Assembly: GCA_963799735.1 (NCBI GenBank)
Contig: CAWCYP010000042.1
Location: forward strand, 1,384 to 65,383
Direction of reading: 5' to 3'
Origin: an uncultured Solirubrobacterales bacterium
Lineage (GTDB): Bacteria > Actinomycetota > Thermoleophilia > Solirubrobacterales > Solirubrobacteraceae
DNA length: 64,000 nucleotides
Under the pieces are notes generated by a model, which was given only the letters and a program-made list of their open reading frames with translations, was not told the origin of the DNA and did not search any database. Below, piece by piece: positions 43,972-55,654 of this stretch (position 1 is its first letter; each line of letters begins with the position of its first letter). The position numbers and the translations under genes were made by a program.

Positions 43972-44555
43972 TGCCGCCGAAGGCTGTCCTCGACACGAAC
44001 GTCGTCTTCTCCCGGGTGTTGCACGAGCTGCTCGGTCGTGCCGCCACGACGGGCGACCTTCTGGAGTTTCTCTGGAGCGAGGAGCTCGTGCAGGAGACGA
44101 TCCGGGTGTTGATGGAGGAGAAGAATCTCGACCGCGAGCATGCGGAGATGTGGGTTGGGTTGATGACCGATGCGTTTCCCGCGGGCCGCGTCGATATTTC
44201 CAAGATCCCGTCTGATCTGGACCTGTCGGCGTTGACGAGCGATGAGGATGACCAGCACATCTGTGCATTGGCAGTCGTCGGCGAAGCGGATTACATCTTT
44301 ACTTTCGATAAGAGCTTCAAAGTTGAAGGTTTGGGAGCACTCGGTATCGATGTGGTTGAGCCCGACGTGTTCTTGTCAAGAGAGATAGATAAAGACCTCG
44401 ATCTGTTTCGCGACATCCTCACCGAGCAGGCAGCGGCATGGGGAGGACGGACGATCGAAGAACTGATCGGCGCGATCGAGCGGACTGGCACTCCGGCGTT
44501 CGCCGCGAAGGCCAGAAAGCTCTTCGGCGAGGAGTCGGAGGAGCGACGGGCATGA
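43971..44555 (+). CDS. PIN-domain toxin
   Basis: VLDTNV, WSEELVQE, DEDDQHI, ADYIFTFD. Confidence 0.88.
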   Translation: MPPKAVLDTNVVFSRVLHELLGRAATTGDLLEFLWSEELVQETIRVLMEEKNLDREHAEMWVGLMTDAFPAGRVDISKIPSDLDLSALTSDEDDQHICALAVVGEADYIFTFDKSFKVEGLGALGIDVVEPDVFLSREIDKDLDLFRDILTEQAAAWGGRTIEELIGAIERTGTPAFAAKARKLFGEESEERRA

Positions 44556-44684
44556 CATCCGGCGCGCTGTCTCACCGACGCAGGACCGGCGCTGAAGATC
44601 GAGGGGGCCGTCCGCTGAGCCTGAAGCTCGGCCGGGGCGAGAAGGCTCGGTAGCGGTTACCCGGGCCAGATCTCGACGGCGGTC

Positions 44685-45839
44685 TCAGGCCAGGGGCTCG
44701 CGTGTGAGATAGGCGATGAGGTGATCGAGGGAGACGAAGCGCACGCGCGTGCCCGTGTAGGTGCGTGTGTAGGGGCGCTCTATGTCTGGGGCCACGACGA
44801 AATTCTCGCCTTGCGGGTAGCCGCGGCGGAATGCGAGCAGCGCGGAGGGATCGAACGACGCGGCCTGCCACTTGCACTCCAGCGCGATCGGCTCGTCTCG
44901 GCCGCGCTGCGGTAGCACGAAGTCGACCTCGGCTCCGCGCTTGTTGCGCCAGTAGCGGAGCGCTCGGTGCTGTAGGCGGCCTTGAATCTCGTTCAAGACG
45001 ACGTGCTCCCACAAAAGGCCCATGTCTTCTGGGCGCAGGCTGGTGATGCCGCGGTGGTAGCAGACGAAGCCGGTGTCGAACCCGTACACCTTTGGCGCCG
45101 CGACGATCTCGGTCGGGCGGTGGGTGCTGTAGGGGCGCACGACATGAGCCACGAATGTTGCCTCGAGCGCCGTCAGGTAGTTGGCGATCGTCTGGCGCGA
45201 GACCTCGCACGGGGCGGCGAAACGGGTGGCCTCGAACATACCTCCGCTTTGAGTGAAGAGCAACTCGGTGAAGCGCTGAAATGAGGAGCGGCGCTCCAGA
45301 CGGAAGAGCTCCTGGACGTCCTTGGCCCAGTAGGCGTCCATCCACTCCTGGAACTCGCGCGCGGGCGGCTCGTCTGCGAGGTAGAACGGCGGCAGGCCGC
45401 CGTGCAAAAAACGGCGCTCCAGGCCGCTGCCGCCGAACTCCTCGACGTCCGCGAGCAGCATCGGGGTCAGCCACACGGTCTCCTTGCGACCGGTGAGCGT
45501 GTCCCGGAACTTCGCCGTGGCCTCGAGCGTGGAGGAGCCGGTGGCGAGGATCTGCACGTCGGGAAAGTGATCGGCGGCGATCTTCAACAGCTCGGATGGG
45601 TTGGCGAGGCGGTGCACCTCGTCGAGGACGATACGGCGTCCTCTCAACTCGCCGAGAAACCCCTCCGGATCGTCCATCTGCCGCCTCGTTCGCGGCAGCT
45701 CGCAGTCGAAGTACTCGATGTCGTCGAGACTCCGGCACAGACACGTCTTGCCCGCCCGCCGTACGCCCGCAAGCCAGACCACCGAGCGTGCGCGCCACGC
45801 GCGCTGCACGCAGTCCAGCCAGAATTCTCGCTGTACCAT
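44685..45839 (-). CDS. AAA_14 ATPase with DUF4143 domain
   Basis: GVRRAGKT, LDEVH, TGSS, PKVYGFDTG, EVDF, ECK. Confidence 0.92.
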   Translation of the reverse strand: MVQREFWLDCVQRAWRARSVVWLAGVRRAGKTCLCRSLDDIEYFDCELPRTRRQMDDPEGFLGELRGRRIVLDEVHRLANPSELLKIAADHFPDVQILATGSSTLEATAKFRDTLTGRKETVWLTPMLLADVEEFGGSGLERRFLHGGLPPFYLADEPPAREFQEWMDAYWAKDVQELFRLERRSSFQRFTELLFTQSGGMFEATRFAAPCEVSRQTIANYLTALEATFVAHVVRPYSTHRPTEIVAAPKVYGFDTGFVCYHRGITSLRPEDMGLLWEHVVLNEIQGRLQHRALRYWRNKRGAEVDFVLPQRGRDEPIALECKWQAASFDPSALLAFRRGYPQGENFVVAPDIERPYTRTYTGTRVRFVSLDHLIAYLTREPLA

Positions 45840-45906
45840 ACGACGCTAAGTTAGCATATAGTACTACTATCTGCTATCCGACCGACGTTCAGTAGCGTGT
45901 AACGCC

Positions 45907-46635
45907 TCAGGGTCGCGTCCACTCGGCGTCCGAATCGGACACCAGGTGAGCGGCGAGCCCGACCGCCAGGACGAGCGCGACCGCGACCGCGATGGCCGAG
46001 GCGACGGATACGTTCAGCACAAGCAGCCCGCCGATCAGCGCACCAGCGAGCATCGCCGCGATTGCCAGTGCGCGCCGTCCCAGTCTGGAGCCGGCGCCGC
46101 CCACGATGGCGGCCTCGGAGGCCAGGCCGGTCAGCGTTTTTGTCAACACGCTCGTGGTCAGATCGGGTACGGCCAGGCGTTGGGCAGCGGCGTTCTGCAC
46201 GCCCATCGCGAGCGCCAGCAGAGCGGTGATCGTCAGGCGGATGCCCCGATCGGGCGGCGTGGCGGCGAGTACCGCAACCAGCAGGGCCACCGCCATCAAC
46301 GGCGCCTGGGCGACGCCGGTGGCGCGCAGCATGCGCCCGCGATGCGCGGAGTGACGCCCCCCGAGCCATCCGCCGCCGAGCGCACCGAGCAGAAATGCGC
46401 CGAGCGCGATCAGCGATGAGCTCAGCGACAGCCCGCTCGCGCCCGCCAGCGCGAAGCCGACGAACACGACGTTGCCCGTCATGTTCGCGACGAACACGTG
46501 CCCGAGCTTCAGGTAGCTGGCGGCGTCCACCAAGCCCGTGACGACCGTGAGCGCCACAAGCATCGGCGAGAGCGGTCCATGACGATCCCCCGCGGGTGGC
46601 CACAGCGTGTGTCTGACCTCCTCCAGAACACTCAT
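45907..46635 (-). CDS. YoaK/DUF1275 membrane protein
   Basis: GLVDA, FVANMTGN, AMGVQN. Confidence 0.9.
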   Translation of the reverse strand: MSVLEEVRHTLWPPAGDRHGPLSPMLVALTVVTGLVDAASYLKLGHVFVANMTGNVVFVGFALAGASGLSLSSSLIALGAFLLGALGGGWLGGRHSAHRGRMLRATGVAQAPLMAVALLVAVLAATPPDRGIRLTITALLALAMGVQNAAAQRLAVPDLTTSVLTKTLTGLASEAAIVGGAGSRLGRRALAIAAMLAGALIGGLLVLNVSVASAIAVAVALVLAVGLAAHLVSDSDAEWTRP

Positions 46636-46639
46636 CGCG

Positions 46640-47689
46640 CTACGCCGTCAGCACGGTCTTGACGCTCTCGACGCCGAGGAAGTGCTCACGCAAGGCGCCG
46701 ATGGCATCGTCCAGCGGCGCGACGTTCATGGGGATCGCCTCCGGATGCAGGCGCCCGTCGACCATCAGGTCGAGAACCTCGGGGATCAGGGCCCGCGCGT
46801 GGGTGCGCCCGACATGGAAGGTGGCGTTGCGGACATACATCCTCAGCAGCGGGATGCTGCCGCTGCGGTGCAGCCCGCCCGAGCTGGTGCAGACTCCGTC
46901 GGGGGCGGTGTTGGCGAGCGCGAGACCCTCGTTGGCGTTGGTGTCCACGACCAGCGGGGCGGCGCGGCGCCGGCGCAGCCGGCGGGGATGCAGCGCGTCC
47001 ATGCCCAGACGCTCGGCATGCGCGCGCACGCCGGGCCGGGCGTCGGCGAAGGTGATGTTGCGGGCGCCGTACGCCTGGGCGATCAGGCCGGTGTAGAGGG
47101 GCAGGCTGGCGGTGAACAGGGTCCTCGGGTCGGTGGCGCCGAGAATCAGCACCTCGCTGTCGGGGTCGTCCTGAAGCAGGGGCGGCAGATGGGGTGCGAT
47201 GTGGCGGTAGGCGTCGCAGACGTTGTCGGCGACGCTGGCGGCGGCGACCGGGTCGATGCCCTCGGGAAGCGCGACGAGCATCGCGTCGGCGTAGGGCACG
47301 GCGAGCTGATCGGAGAACGCCCCGCCCCAGTGGCCGGCGCTCACGCCCATGCCGTACATCGAGATCGGCGGGACGCCGGTGCAGCTGCCTGTGCGCCCGG
47401 CGCGGCACGGCGCGCAGACGCCGCAGTTGATCTGAAACGGGACGACTACGCGATCGCCGGCCTTCACGGTGGCGACCCGCGCGCCGACGGCGAGAACGTC
47501 GGCGACGCATTCGTGCCCGAGGTGCAGCGGCAGCGCGAGCTGGGTGGCGCCGAGCACGAGCGGGCAGTCCAGATCGCACGTGGAGGAGGCGATTGGGTGC
47601 ACGATCGCACCGTCCGGGCCGGGCGGCGGAGGGGCGGGGACATCGCGCCAGTGCAGCCGCCCGCCGGGCGCGGCGATCAGGGCGCGCAT
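46640..47689 (-). CDS. Zinc-dependent alcohol dehydrogenase family protein
   Basis: CDLD, GHE, CGVCAPC...C. Confidence 0.88.
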   Translation of the reverse strand: MRALIAAPGGRLHWRDVPAPPPPGPDGAIVHPIASSTCDLDCPLVLGATQLALPLHLGHECVADVLAVGARVATVKAGDRVVVPFQINCGVCAPCRAGRTGSCTGVPPISMYGMGVSAGHWGGAFSDQLAVPYADAMLVALPEGIDPVAAASVADNVCDAYRHIAPHLPPLLQDDPDSEVLILGATDPRTLFTASLPLYTGLIAQAYGARNITFADARPGVRAHAERLGMDALHPRRLRRRRAAPLVVDTNANEGLALANTAPDGVCTSSGGLHRSGSIPLLRMYVRNATFHVGRTHARALIPEVLDLMVDGRLHPEAIPMNVAPLDDAIGALREHFLGVESVKTVLTA

Positions 47690-47942
47690 CCGCGGCCGCG
47701 AACGCCGGACCCGCTGGCGGGCGCTGTCGCCGGCAGTCGCTGTCAGCCGGCGCAGCCGCTGCCCAGAGTCGCGTTCCAGAATGACGGGCGCGGCGGCCGC
47801 GGCGCCGGGCGAGAGAAGCCCCGCGTAGTGGCGCACCCATCCGCGCGGGCGACGTTGATGGGTCCGCCCGCTCACGCTCGCCGCCGGGATCTGTGGGGAG
47901 CGAGCCTCCCGAGCATCCGGCTGTCCCGCCCGGTCACGTCGG

Positions 47943-49059
47943 TCAGCCCATCACATCGACGATGTCGCCGATCTGCAGCATCCCGAACACCGTGCGAGCG
48001 GCTTCGATCGGCAGCTCCACGCAGCCGTTGGACTGGGGGAAGCCATACGATTCGCGCGGATAGCCGTGCACGGCGTCGCCGCCGTTGAAGTAGTTGACCC
48101 AGGGGACGTCCGGCACGTCGTATTTGGCGCCGCCGGGGTCTTCGCCGGCCATCGTGGTCGATACGTAGCGGGCGTAGATGGGAAAGATGCCGGTTTGCGT
48201 TTCCGCACCGGCCACCCCGGTGTTGACCAGGGTGCTGAACGGGACGCGATCGCCGCGGTGCAGGTAGAGCCGCTCGGGCTCTGACTCGGACACGGTCACC
48301 CAGGTGTAGGACTGCGGGTCGCGGCGACCGGCGCTCTCGTCATACAGCAGCGATGCCCACGTGGCGGCGTTCGGTTCGCCGGTCGAGCTGCGAGCCGCGG
48401 TCGGCCTGGTAGACGGTCGAGCGCACCGCGCGTGGTCTCGTCCAGCTGGCCGGTCTGGGCAGCGGGGCGCATCGGAGGGGTCGGGCGCTAGCGCGCCGCG
48501 CGGTGGATGAAACGCGTGTTCTGCCGCTTCGCGCCGGGTCTCCCGGCCGGAGGCGATGTGGACGTCGTACCGCGGATGGAGCGCGGCGCCCATGTAGCCG
48601 AGTCGCGCCAGCGATTGCTGCAGGCCGGCGATCGGCGGGCAGGCCACGTGCAGGTCGGATCGTCTGCCTGCGTCCCAGGGGGGCGTGGGCGGTGGAGGTA
48701 GTGCCCGCCCACACCGTCAGCGCGTAGTCCGAGCAGGGTTCGAGCGTGGAGGCGGGCGTGAACACCTCGGAGTCGCCGGCGATGCGCCAGCGTCCTGCTA
48801 CCCGCGGGCTGAGCATCGGCGCCGGCGAGGACGGATACACGGGCGCCGACAGGATCACCGTGAGCGGCTGGGCGCCGTCGGCGATCGTGCTCGCGGGGAG
48901 CTTCGCCAGTCGCGTCGGGGGCAGCGGTGCGCTCGTGGGGGTGGGGGAGGAGGGTGCGCTCGGCGCGGGCGCCGCCGTGGCCATCGCCAGGGACGTGGCG
49001 AGCAGGAATCCGGCTCCCGTGACGCCTGTGATCGTGAGCCATCGACCGCCGCGGTTCAT
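47943..49059 (-). CDS. L,D-transpeptidase (YkuD) family protein (frameshifted)
   Basis: Signal peptide; T.TGIF.IY, VPWVNYF, HGY...SNGCV. Confidence 0.85.
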
Positions 49060-49298
49060 GCACTCAGGCTAGTGCATGGATGAGACGGGGGATGATGGGG
49101 GGACGACGGCGGGGCCGCACATGTGCGGCCCCGAGACACGCCGCATGCGGCGTGTCTGCATGAATTTTAGAGTGATGGAGGTCGTTCGAGGCATCCAGGC
49201 GCGCCGGCAACAGAAGCTTGAACTGATCCGCCCGGCGGCGGCGGCAGCAGCGCGAACAACCGCGGAAGAGCCGAGCGCTCATGGGCGCGGCGGGGTCT

Positions 49299-50280
49299 TC
49301 AGTCGCTGCGCCCGACCAGCACCACGACACGCGCGACGAACCCGAACATCGACAGCGCGCCGCCGCTCAGCGCGGTCGGTGCGGGTGCGTGCAGCGCTCT
49401 CGCCACGCGCGCCGCCAGCGTACGTGCGCCCGAGCCGTAGAGCACGTCGTCGTGGGCTCGGTGGCCCGTGACCGCGGTGCCGAGGATCGTCGCGCTCACC
49501 GACGGCAGATGCGCATGCAGCCTGGCCGCGACGCTCTTCAGGCGCGGCGTGCTCGCGAGCGGACCCTGGCTCGAGGAGTACAGGCCGGTCTCATCGACGA
49601 GCACGACGGTCGCGAGCGGGCGCGGCACGACGGCGGGCAGGTTCGTGGCCTGTCCGGCCGTGCCCAGGCTCGCGCTCACGCTGCCGCCGTAGACGCCACC
49701 AACTGCCGGGAAGGTGGCGCTGCCGTTCTGGAAGCTTACCTCGCACAGACCCTGTGCCTGGCGGGGCGAAGCCGGACACGAGCAGCTGACCGCCATGCTT
49801 GACGGTCTTGGGCGGGTTCGCGCCAGCCAGCTTTTGCGAGTCCAGGCAGTCGAAGCTCACCAGCGCGAGCTGGGCGTAGACCAGGACGCAGTCCTGCGGA
49901 TCGTAGAGCTGACCGTCGGGCGCCAAGCCGCACGACTGTCCGGGGATCACCCACCAGGCGGCCGTGCTGGTCGCGTCCCACAGGACGGTGTCCCCATACC
50001 AGGCGTAGGCGAGCTGATTGCCCAATCCGATCGAGGCCAGGGTTTCGGACCATTGCGGCAGGGTCTCCTTCGACCAGCGTGGGCTCTTCAAGAACGGCAC
50101 AGCCGCGGGCAGCGAGGATGGGGGCGAACCGGACCCCTGATAGGGCGCGCCGCCCGTGCAGACGTCCGCGGATGCGGCCGGCGCCCGCGAAAGGCTGAGC
50201 GCAAGCGCGGCGAGCGCCAGGGCGAGCATCGGCATCGCGCCGAAACGCCGGACGGCCGGCGGCTTGGACTCGACGTGCAT
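49299..50280 (-). CDS. Secreted hypothetical protein (frameshifted)
   Basis: Signal peptide ending ASA-D; Cys pairs; continues in a second frame near 49750. Confidence 0.6.
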
Positions 50281-50499
50281 TGTTGGCTTTGATCATTGCG
50301 CATTCGCAGTGAGCGTCGCATCGGAAGTACTTCACGATCGCGGGCTGAACATGCGTCCACGCCTCTTCAGATCGCTATTTGATGCGGTAGTCTTCGGCGC
50401 CAAGATCGGCAACGATCGGCGGCGTCGGGTGTCCACGAACAGATAGATGGGGAGGCCATGTTTCGCATCCATAGACAGGCGCGTACGGGTGGAAGAGGG

Positions 50500-52562
50500 A
50501 TGACGACGATGCGCCCGGCGCTTCGCCGCAGCGCGCTGGTCGGTGCGCTCGCCGCCACCGCCGTGCTCGCGTTCGCGGCGCTCGCAACCTCGGCGTTGGC
50601 CTCGCCGATCGCCCTCGACGCCCCGGACAATGGAACTGCGCCGTTGGTCGCGTATGACCCGGTGTCGCAGACGACATACGTTGCCTGGGCGAATCCCCAA
50701 GGCCCCGGTGTTGACCTGTGCGTCCTGCCGGCGGGCGCCACCGGCTGTGAGGGCGGCGCACGGTGCTGCTCGAAGACTCGAAATTCCCAGGCTACTCGGA
50801 CACCAGCGGCGAACCGGGGCTTGGGGGCTCGTCGTCCTGCCGGGCGGCGAGGTAGTGGTGATCGGCACGCCCGTCAGCACCGGCAGCGTCGCGTGGGAGT
50901 CGCCCGGCGACGGCTCGGCCTTCCTGTCAAGTAGCCATGGGCTGCAGAACGGCGGCAAATTCATCAGCCCAGTCTCGCTCTTCTACACGTTCGGCAACGC
51001 CGTCGCGCTCAGCAACACCGACGTCGGCCTGCTGGACGACTACGGCAACTTCTTCAGCGACTCGCCGTTCGCCGGCCCCGAGTCTCCCGCGATCTCGAGC
51101 CCCAACAGCAACCCGAGCGGTCAATACCCGCGGAAGGGCCTCGACACCAACGGACCGGAGATCGCCGCCGAGCCCGCGCCCGCGCCCGCACCCGCAGGCA
51201 CCGACATCGTGGTCGGCGTCGGATCAAACAACAGCGCCGCCCAGCTCACGCCCACGGGCTGCCTCAACTACGCCGCCACCGGCTACGGCGTCTCCGCCGG
51301 TGAGGTGGACGGAACCTCCAAAGCTGGTGGCACCCTCAACGGCGAGGGTCTGCCGAATTATCAACTCCTCGCCTGCTCCGCTGAGGAACCAGTCCTTGCC
51401 AGCGGCGGTCAGAGTGGGATCGGTGTGCTCGAGGAGGAGGGCTCCGCCATCTCCGGGGCCGGGCCGGACTGGCAGATGGATTACCGCCCGTTCATCGCGA
51501 CAGCCACCGGGGGCTCGTTCGGCCTCCCAGTTCGAGCTGGCCGATATCACCGGCGAAGTCCTGGATGGTGTCGACGCGCTTGACGTATCCGAGGACTCCG
51601 GCACCGGTGTATACGCCTTCTGGGAAGACGGCAACACGGTGCTCGATTACAGCTCCAACGGAGGCGCCAACTGGGGTGCACCCGTGCTCACCCCGATCCC
51701 CTACACAGCCCACGGCGTGATCACCGGCATCGGTGGCGGCAGTGCCGAGATCGCCTACGTCGACAATCCCGGCACTGGCAATCAAGTCTTCCTGCAGGCC
51801 GTCAGTTACCAACAGCTAGAGCTCAAACCGACCGCAATCTCGACCAGCCAGACCTCCGGCACAACAAGCGGAGCAAACATAACGATCCCTGCGGGCACGG
51901 TTGGTGAGACCGACAAAGCGACGATCAGCGGTGTGAACGCCGCCAGCGCAACCGGCACGGCCACCTACACGCTGTACGCGTCGTCCTCGTGCTCAGGAGC
52001 CCCCGTGTTCCAGTCCAGCGGGCCGGTGACCGGCGGAGCCGCAGCCTCGTCGACTCCGGTCACGAGCGCGCTCGCACCCGGTACCTACTACTGGCTGGCG
52101 GCGTACAGCGGGGACTCTGCGAATATGCCTAGCGCGAGCGCCTGCGGCTCAGAGGTGCTGACGGTCGCCGCAGTCGCGCCCACGTCGCTGCTCACGATCC
52201 CCAAGCAGACCGATGACGTTACGAGCAAGGGCAACATGTCCATCGCGTTGGACTGCGCCGGCGCGAAGTGCAGCGGCAGCCTGACGCTGGTCGCGAAGGT
52301 CAAGAAGACGACGGGCAAAGGCAAAAAAAAGAAAACAAAAACGGTGGTCGAGACGATCGGCAACGTCTCGTTCTCTTCGCTCGCCCTGGGTACGGACACG
52401 ATCGCGATGAAGCTCAACAGTACGGGCCTGAAGCTGCTCGAGCACGACCACTACAAGCTGAGCAGCACCGGGAGCGCGACGTACCTCTCCGGCACGGTGT
52501 TCAAGACCACCACGGGCGATGTGGCGCTCAAGGGGCACAAGCCGAAAAAGAAGAAAAAATAG
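50500..52562 (+). CDS. Large secreted Ser/Thr/Gly-rich protein with Ig-like region and Lys-rich C-terminus (frameshifted)
   Basis: Signal peptide; PGTYYWLAAYSGD; KGKKKKTK and terminal KKKKK. Confidence 0.7.
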
Positions 52563-52570
52563 CGCTTGCC

Positions 52571-52634
52571 CTGACGGAGCTCCCGGGATTCCCGCAGGCT
52601 CAATGGGGGAGGGAGGGGAGAGAGAGGAGCGCAT
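52571..52634 (+). repeat. Intergenic repeat R1 (left part of the unit)
   Basis: CTGACGGAGCTCCCGGGATTCCCGCAGGCTCAATGGGGGAGGGAGGGGAGAGAGAGGAGCGCAT; matches R4 and R2. Confidence 0.85.
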
Positions 52635-52699
52635 CAAGGGCGGCGAGCCCGTGATCCGAGGCACCCGCATCGATATACTCTGACTGCAGAAAGCAAAAC

Positions 52700-53540
52700 A
52701 TGATGGTGGCTTCCGCAGATCCGATATCGACCCGGGCGGCCGGGATCAGCGCGGCTCGCCGGCAGCGTCTGGAGCGCTTGCACCGCTCGTTCAGCGCCCC
52801 GTTCACGATCGCCGAAGCCGCCAAGGTGTTGGACGTCGCGCCTGCGGCGGCCGGGCGCGAGCTCGGCTACCTGAGCCGCCGGGGATGGCTGACACGGGTC
52901 AGGCGCGGCCTCTACCTGCCGGTACCGCTGGAGGCTCCTCGCTCCGGGGAGTGGACCGAGGACCCCTGGATCGTGGCGAGCAAGGCGTTCGCACCCTGTT
53001 ACATCGGGGGTTGGAGCGCGTGCGAGCATTGGGATTCTCACAGAGCAGGTGTTCCGCGACGTCGTGGTCGTCACCTCACGCGCGGTCAGGCAGCGTCATC
53101 ACGAGTTGCAGGGAATGCCGTTCCTCGTTACGGTCCGCTCCGCCGAGGCGATGTTCGGCACCCGCAACGTGTGGAGGCGCGACGTGCGCGTGGCGGTGTC
53201 CGATCCATCCCGCACGATCATCGACGTCCTCGACGACCCCGGTCTCGGCGGTGGCATCCGGCACGTGACCGCGGTGCTTGAGGAGTACCTGCGAAGCGAG
53301 CACCGCGATGATGAGCTGCTGATCGAGTACGGCGACAGGCTGGGGAACAGGACCGTCTTCAAGCGACTCGGCTGGTTGCTTGAGCTGCTCGGCATCGACG
53401 GTCCGCTGAGGGATGCGTGCTCAACCCGGCGCAGCGCCGGGTTGAGCAAGCTCGATCCCACCGTCTCGGGAACGGGTCGCATCGTCCGGCGCTGGGGGCT
53501 GCGCATGAACGTCGATCTGCAGAGCCGTGGTGAGGACTGA
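52700..53540 (+). CDS. Type IV TA antitoxin AbiEi-like (frameshift near 53035)
   Basis: N-terminal wHTH ...GWLTRVRRGLY; CYIGGWSA.EHW; SDPSRTIID; KRLGWLLE. Confidence 0.88.
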
Positions 53541-54761
53541 TGATCTCGCGCGCGGACATTGTGGGACGCGTTCAAGAATGGGGTCTGGCCGAGCACGTGG
53601 TGGAGAAGGACTACGTCCTCGGCTGGGTCCTGTGGGGTATCGGCTCCGGACGCGACGCTCGGCGAGCACTGGATCTTCAAGGGCGGGACGTGTCTGAAGA
53701 AGTGCTACGTCGAGACCTACCGCTTCTCCGAGGACCTCGACTTCACGATCCTGCCGGGAGGTCCGCTCGCCTCCGATGAGGTCATTCCGCTGCTGCGGCG
53801 TGTTCTGCAGCGCGTCGGTGAGGAGTCGGGCTTGGACTTCACCGTCGGCGAGCCGCGCCTCGAGAACACGTCCCTCGGGCACATCCGCCGAGGGCCGCAT
53901 CTACTACCGCGGCCCGCGCAACGCTCCCGGAGCGACGAGCGTCAAACTCGATCTCGGCGCAGACGAGACGGTCATCCGGCCAACCGTGCCCCGAACGATC
54001 GCCCACCCCTACCCCGATGCGCTGCCAGCGACCGGCACGGCGCGCTGCTACGCGCTTTGAGGAGGTCTTCGCCGAGAAGTTGCGAGCGATGGCGCAACGC
54101 GGACGCCCACGCGACCTGTACGACATCGTCAACCTGTTCCGGCGCGAGGAGCTGCGACCACATGCAGCCCTGATACAGGAAGTGCTCGTCGGCGAAGTGC
54201 GAGGCCAAGGGCATCCCCTCCCGACCGCCGAGACGATCACCAGCGCGCCGCACCGTAACGAGCTCGAATCGGAGTGGGCGAACATGCTCGGCCACCAGCT
54301 CCCCGCGCTGCCGCCGATCGAGCAGTTCATCGGCGAACTCCCAGCCCTGTTCGCCTGGCTGCACGGCGAAACGCAGTCTCCAGCCCCTACCGGCAATCCC
54401 GACCGAGCCCGACGAGGACGACACGTGGACGCCACCGGCGACCGTGGCGATCTGGGGTCAGAGCGTTCCGCTTGAGCCCGTGCGCTTCGCAGCCACAAAC
54501 CACCTTTGCGTCGACCTCACCTACGACGGATCGGTCCACCGCATACAGCCATACTCGTTGCGACGAACTCGTGCCGGCGACCTCATCCTCCACGCAGTAC
54601 GATCGGACGCCGACGAGCATCGCGCCTACCAGGTCGAGCGAATGCAGCGCGTACAGATCACGACCGAGCCCTTCCGACCGGTGCACGCAATCGAGCTCTC
54701 GCCATCCGGGCCGCTGGCAACGCAAACTGCGCGCAGCCGCGCTGACCACGGCGCAACCTGA
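53540..54761 (+). CDS. AbiEii/AbiGii nucleotidyltransferase toxin with C-terminal WYL-like domain (frameshifted)
   Basis: VEKDY, FKGGT, RFSEDLDF, AEKLRA, RPRDLYD; C-terminus VDLTYDG..RIQPYSL...RAYQVERM. Confidence 0.85.
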
Positions 54762-54788
54762 ACCTGTCTATTGGCGTTGGCCCGGGCC

Positions 54789-54876
54789 GAGCCTGCCGGC
54801 AGGCAGGCTCAATGGGGGAGGGGAGGGGGAGAGAGAGGAGCGCATGCGAGGCTGAGTCGGGGTTCGCAGGGCTGGG
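54789..54876 (+). repeat. Intergenic repeat R2
   Basis: Perfect hairpin GAGCCTGCC-GGCA-GGCAGGCTC, then AATGGGGGAG purine tract, then GCGCATGCGAGGCTGAGTCGGGGTTCGCAGGGCTGGG. Confidence 0.85.
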
Positions 54877-54895
54877 AACTCATCGTCGAGGCGTC

Positions 54896-55654
54896 TTATG
54901 ACAATGAGGTGATCGGCGGTGCGGGTTGCAGCGTCAGGCGCCAGTCGGCGGCGACCTTGACCAGCGCTTCGATGACAATGAGGTGATCGGCGGTGCGGGT
55001 TGCAGCGTCAGGCGCCAGTCGGCGGCGACCTTGACCAGCGCTTCGGGTGCCGGGTCGGTCAGCGGGATCGGGTCATCGACGGCTTCCAGGTTGGCGCGGC
55101 CCTCGAACAGTGCGAAGCAGGGCAGGCCGTCGAGTCGCGACGGAAGCGGATTCCAGCGCATCCAAGCTCGTCGTAAGAGTCGGCGGCGATCACGCGGGTC
55201 ATCGAGCGTCGCCTGCGCGTGACCTCCGTGATGTCGAGATGCTTCATCCCGTGAGCGGCAAGCAGGGCCGCGTGGCGCTGCTCCATCTGGTGGCGCACTG
55301 TCGGGTCGGTGAGGTCGAGGATTCGGCTTGGGCGTTGATGGCGCAGCAGACGAGTACGTTCTGTCGCCGCCAGTCGGCGGTGATCTCCTGCACCGGTAGG
55401 TCGGCCAGCGCGTCGGTGCCGAACGTTGCGAGATAGTTGGCGACCTCCCGGGTGTCTCGTCGCAGGTCGGCTAGTACCTCACGCAGAGCGGTTTCGGACT
55501 CGATCGCGCAGTAGATCGTGCGGAATCGCTGTTCGGGATCGTCGAAGCGATGGTTCCACGAGCACCGCTCCCGAGGTAGGAATCCGATCGGGTCGGATAC
55601 GTGACCAACTCGCCAGCGGACATCGCCGGGCGCTTGGAGTCCCTTGCTGCTCAC
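54896..55654 (-). CDS. RES-domain toxin (frameshifted)
   Basis: WRVG, HRFDDP, TIYCA...TALREVLA, GIRF.SR, ALFEGR. Confidence 0.85.
54898..55045. repeat. Perfect 74-bp tandem duplication at the 3' end of the RES gene
   Basis: 54898-54971 is identical to 54972-55045. Confidence 0.9.
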
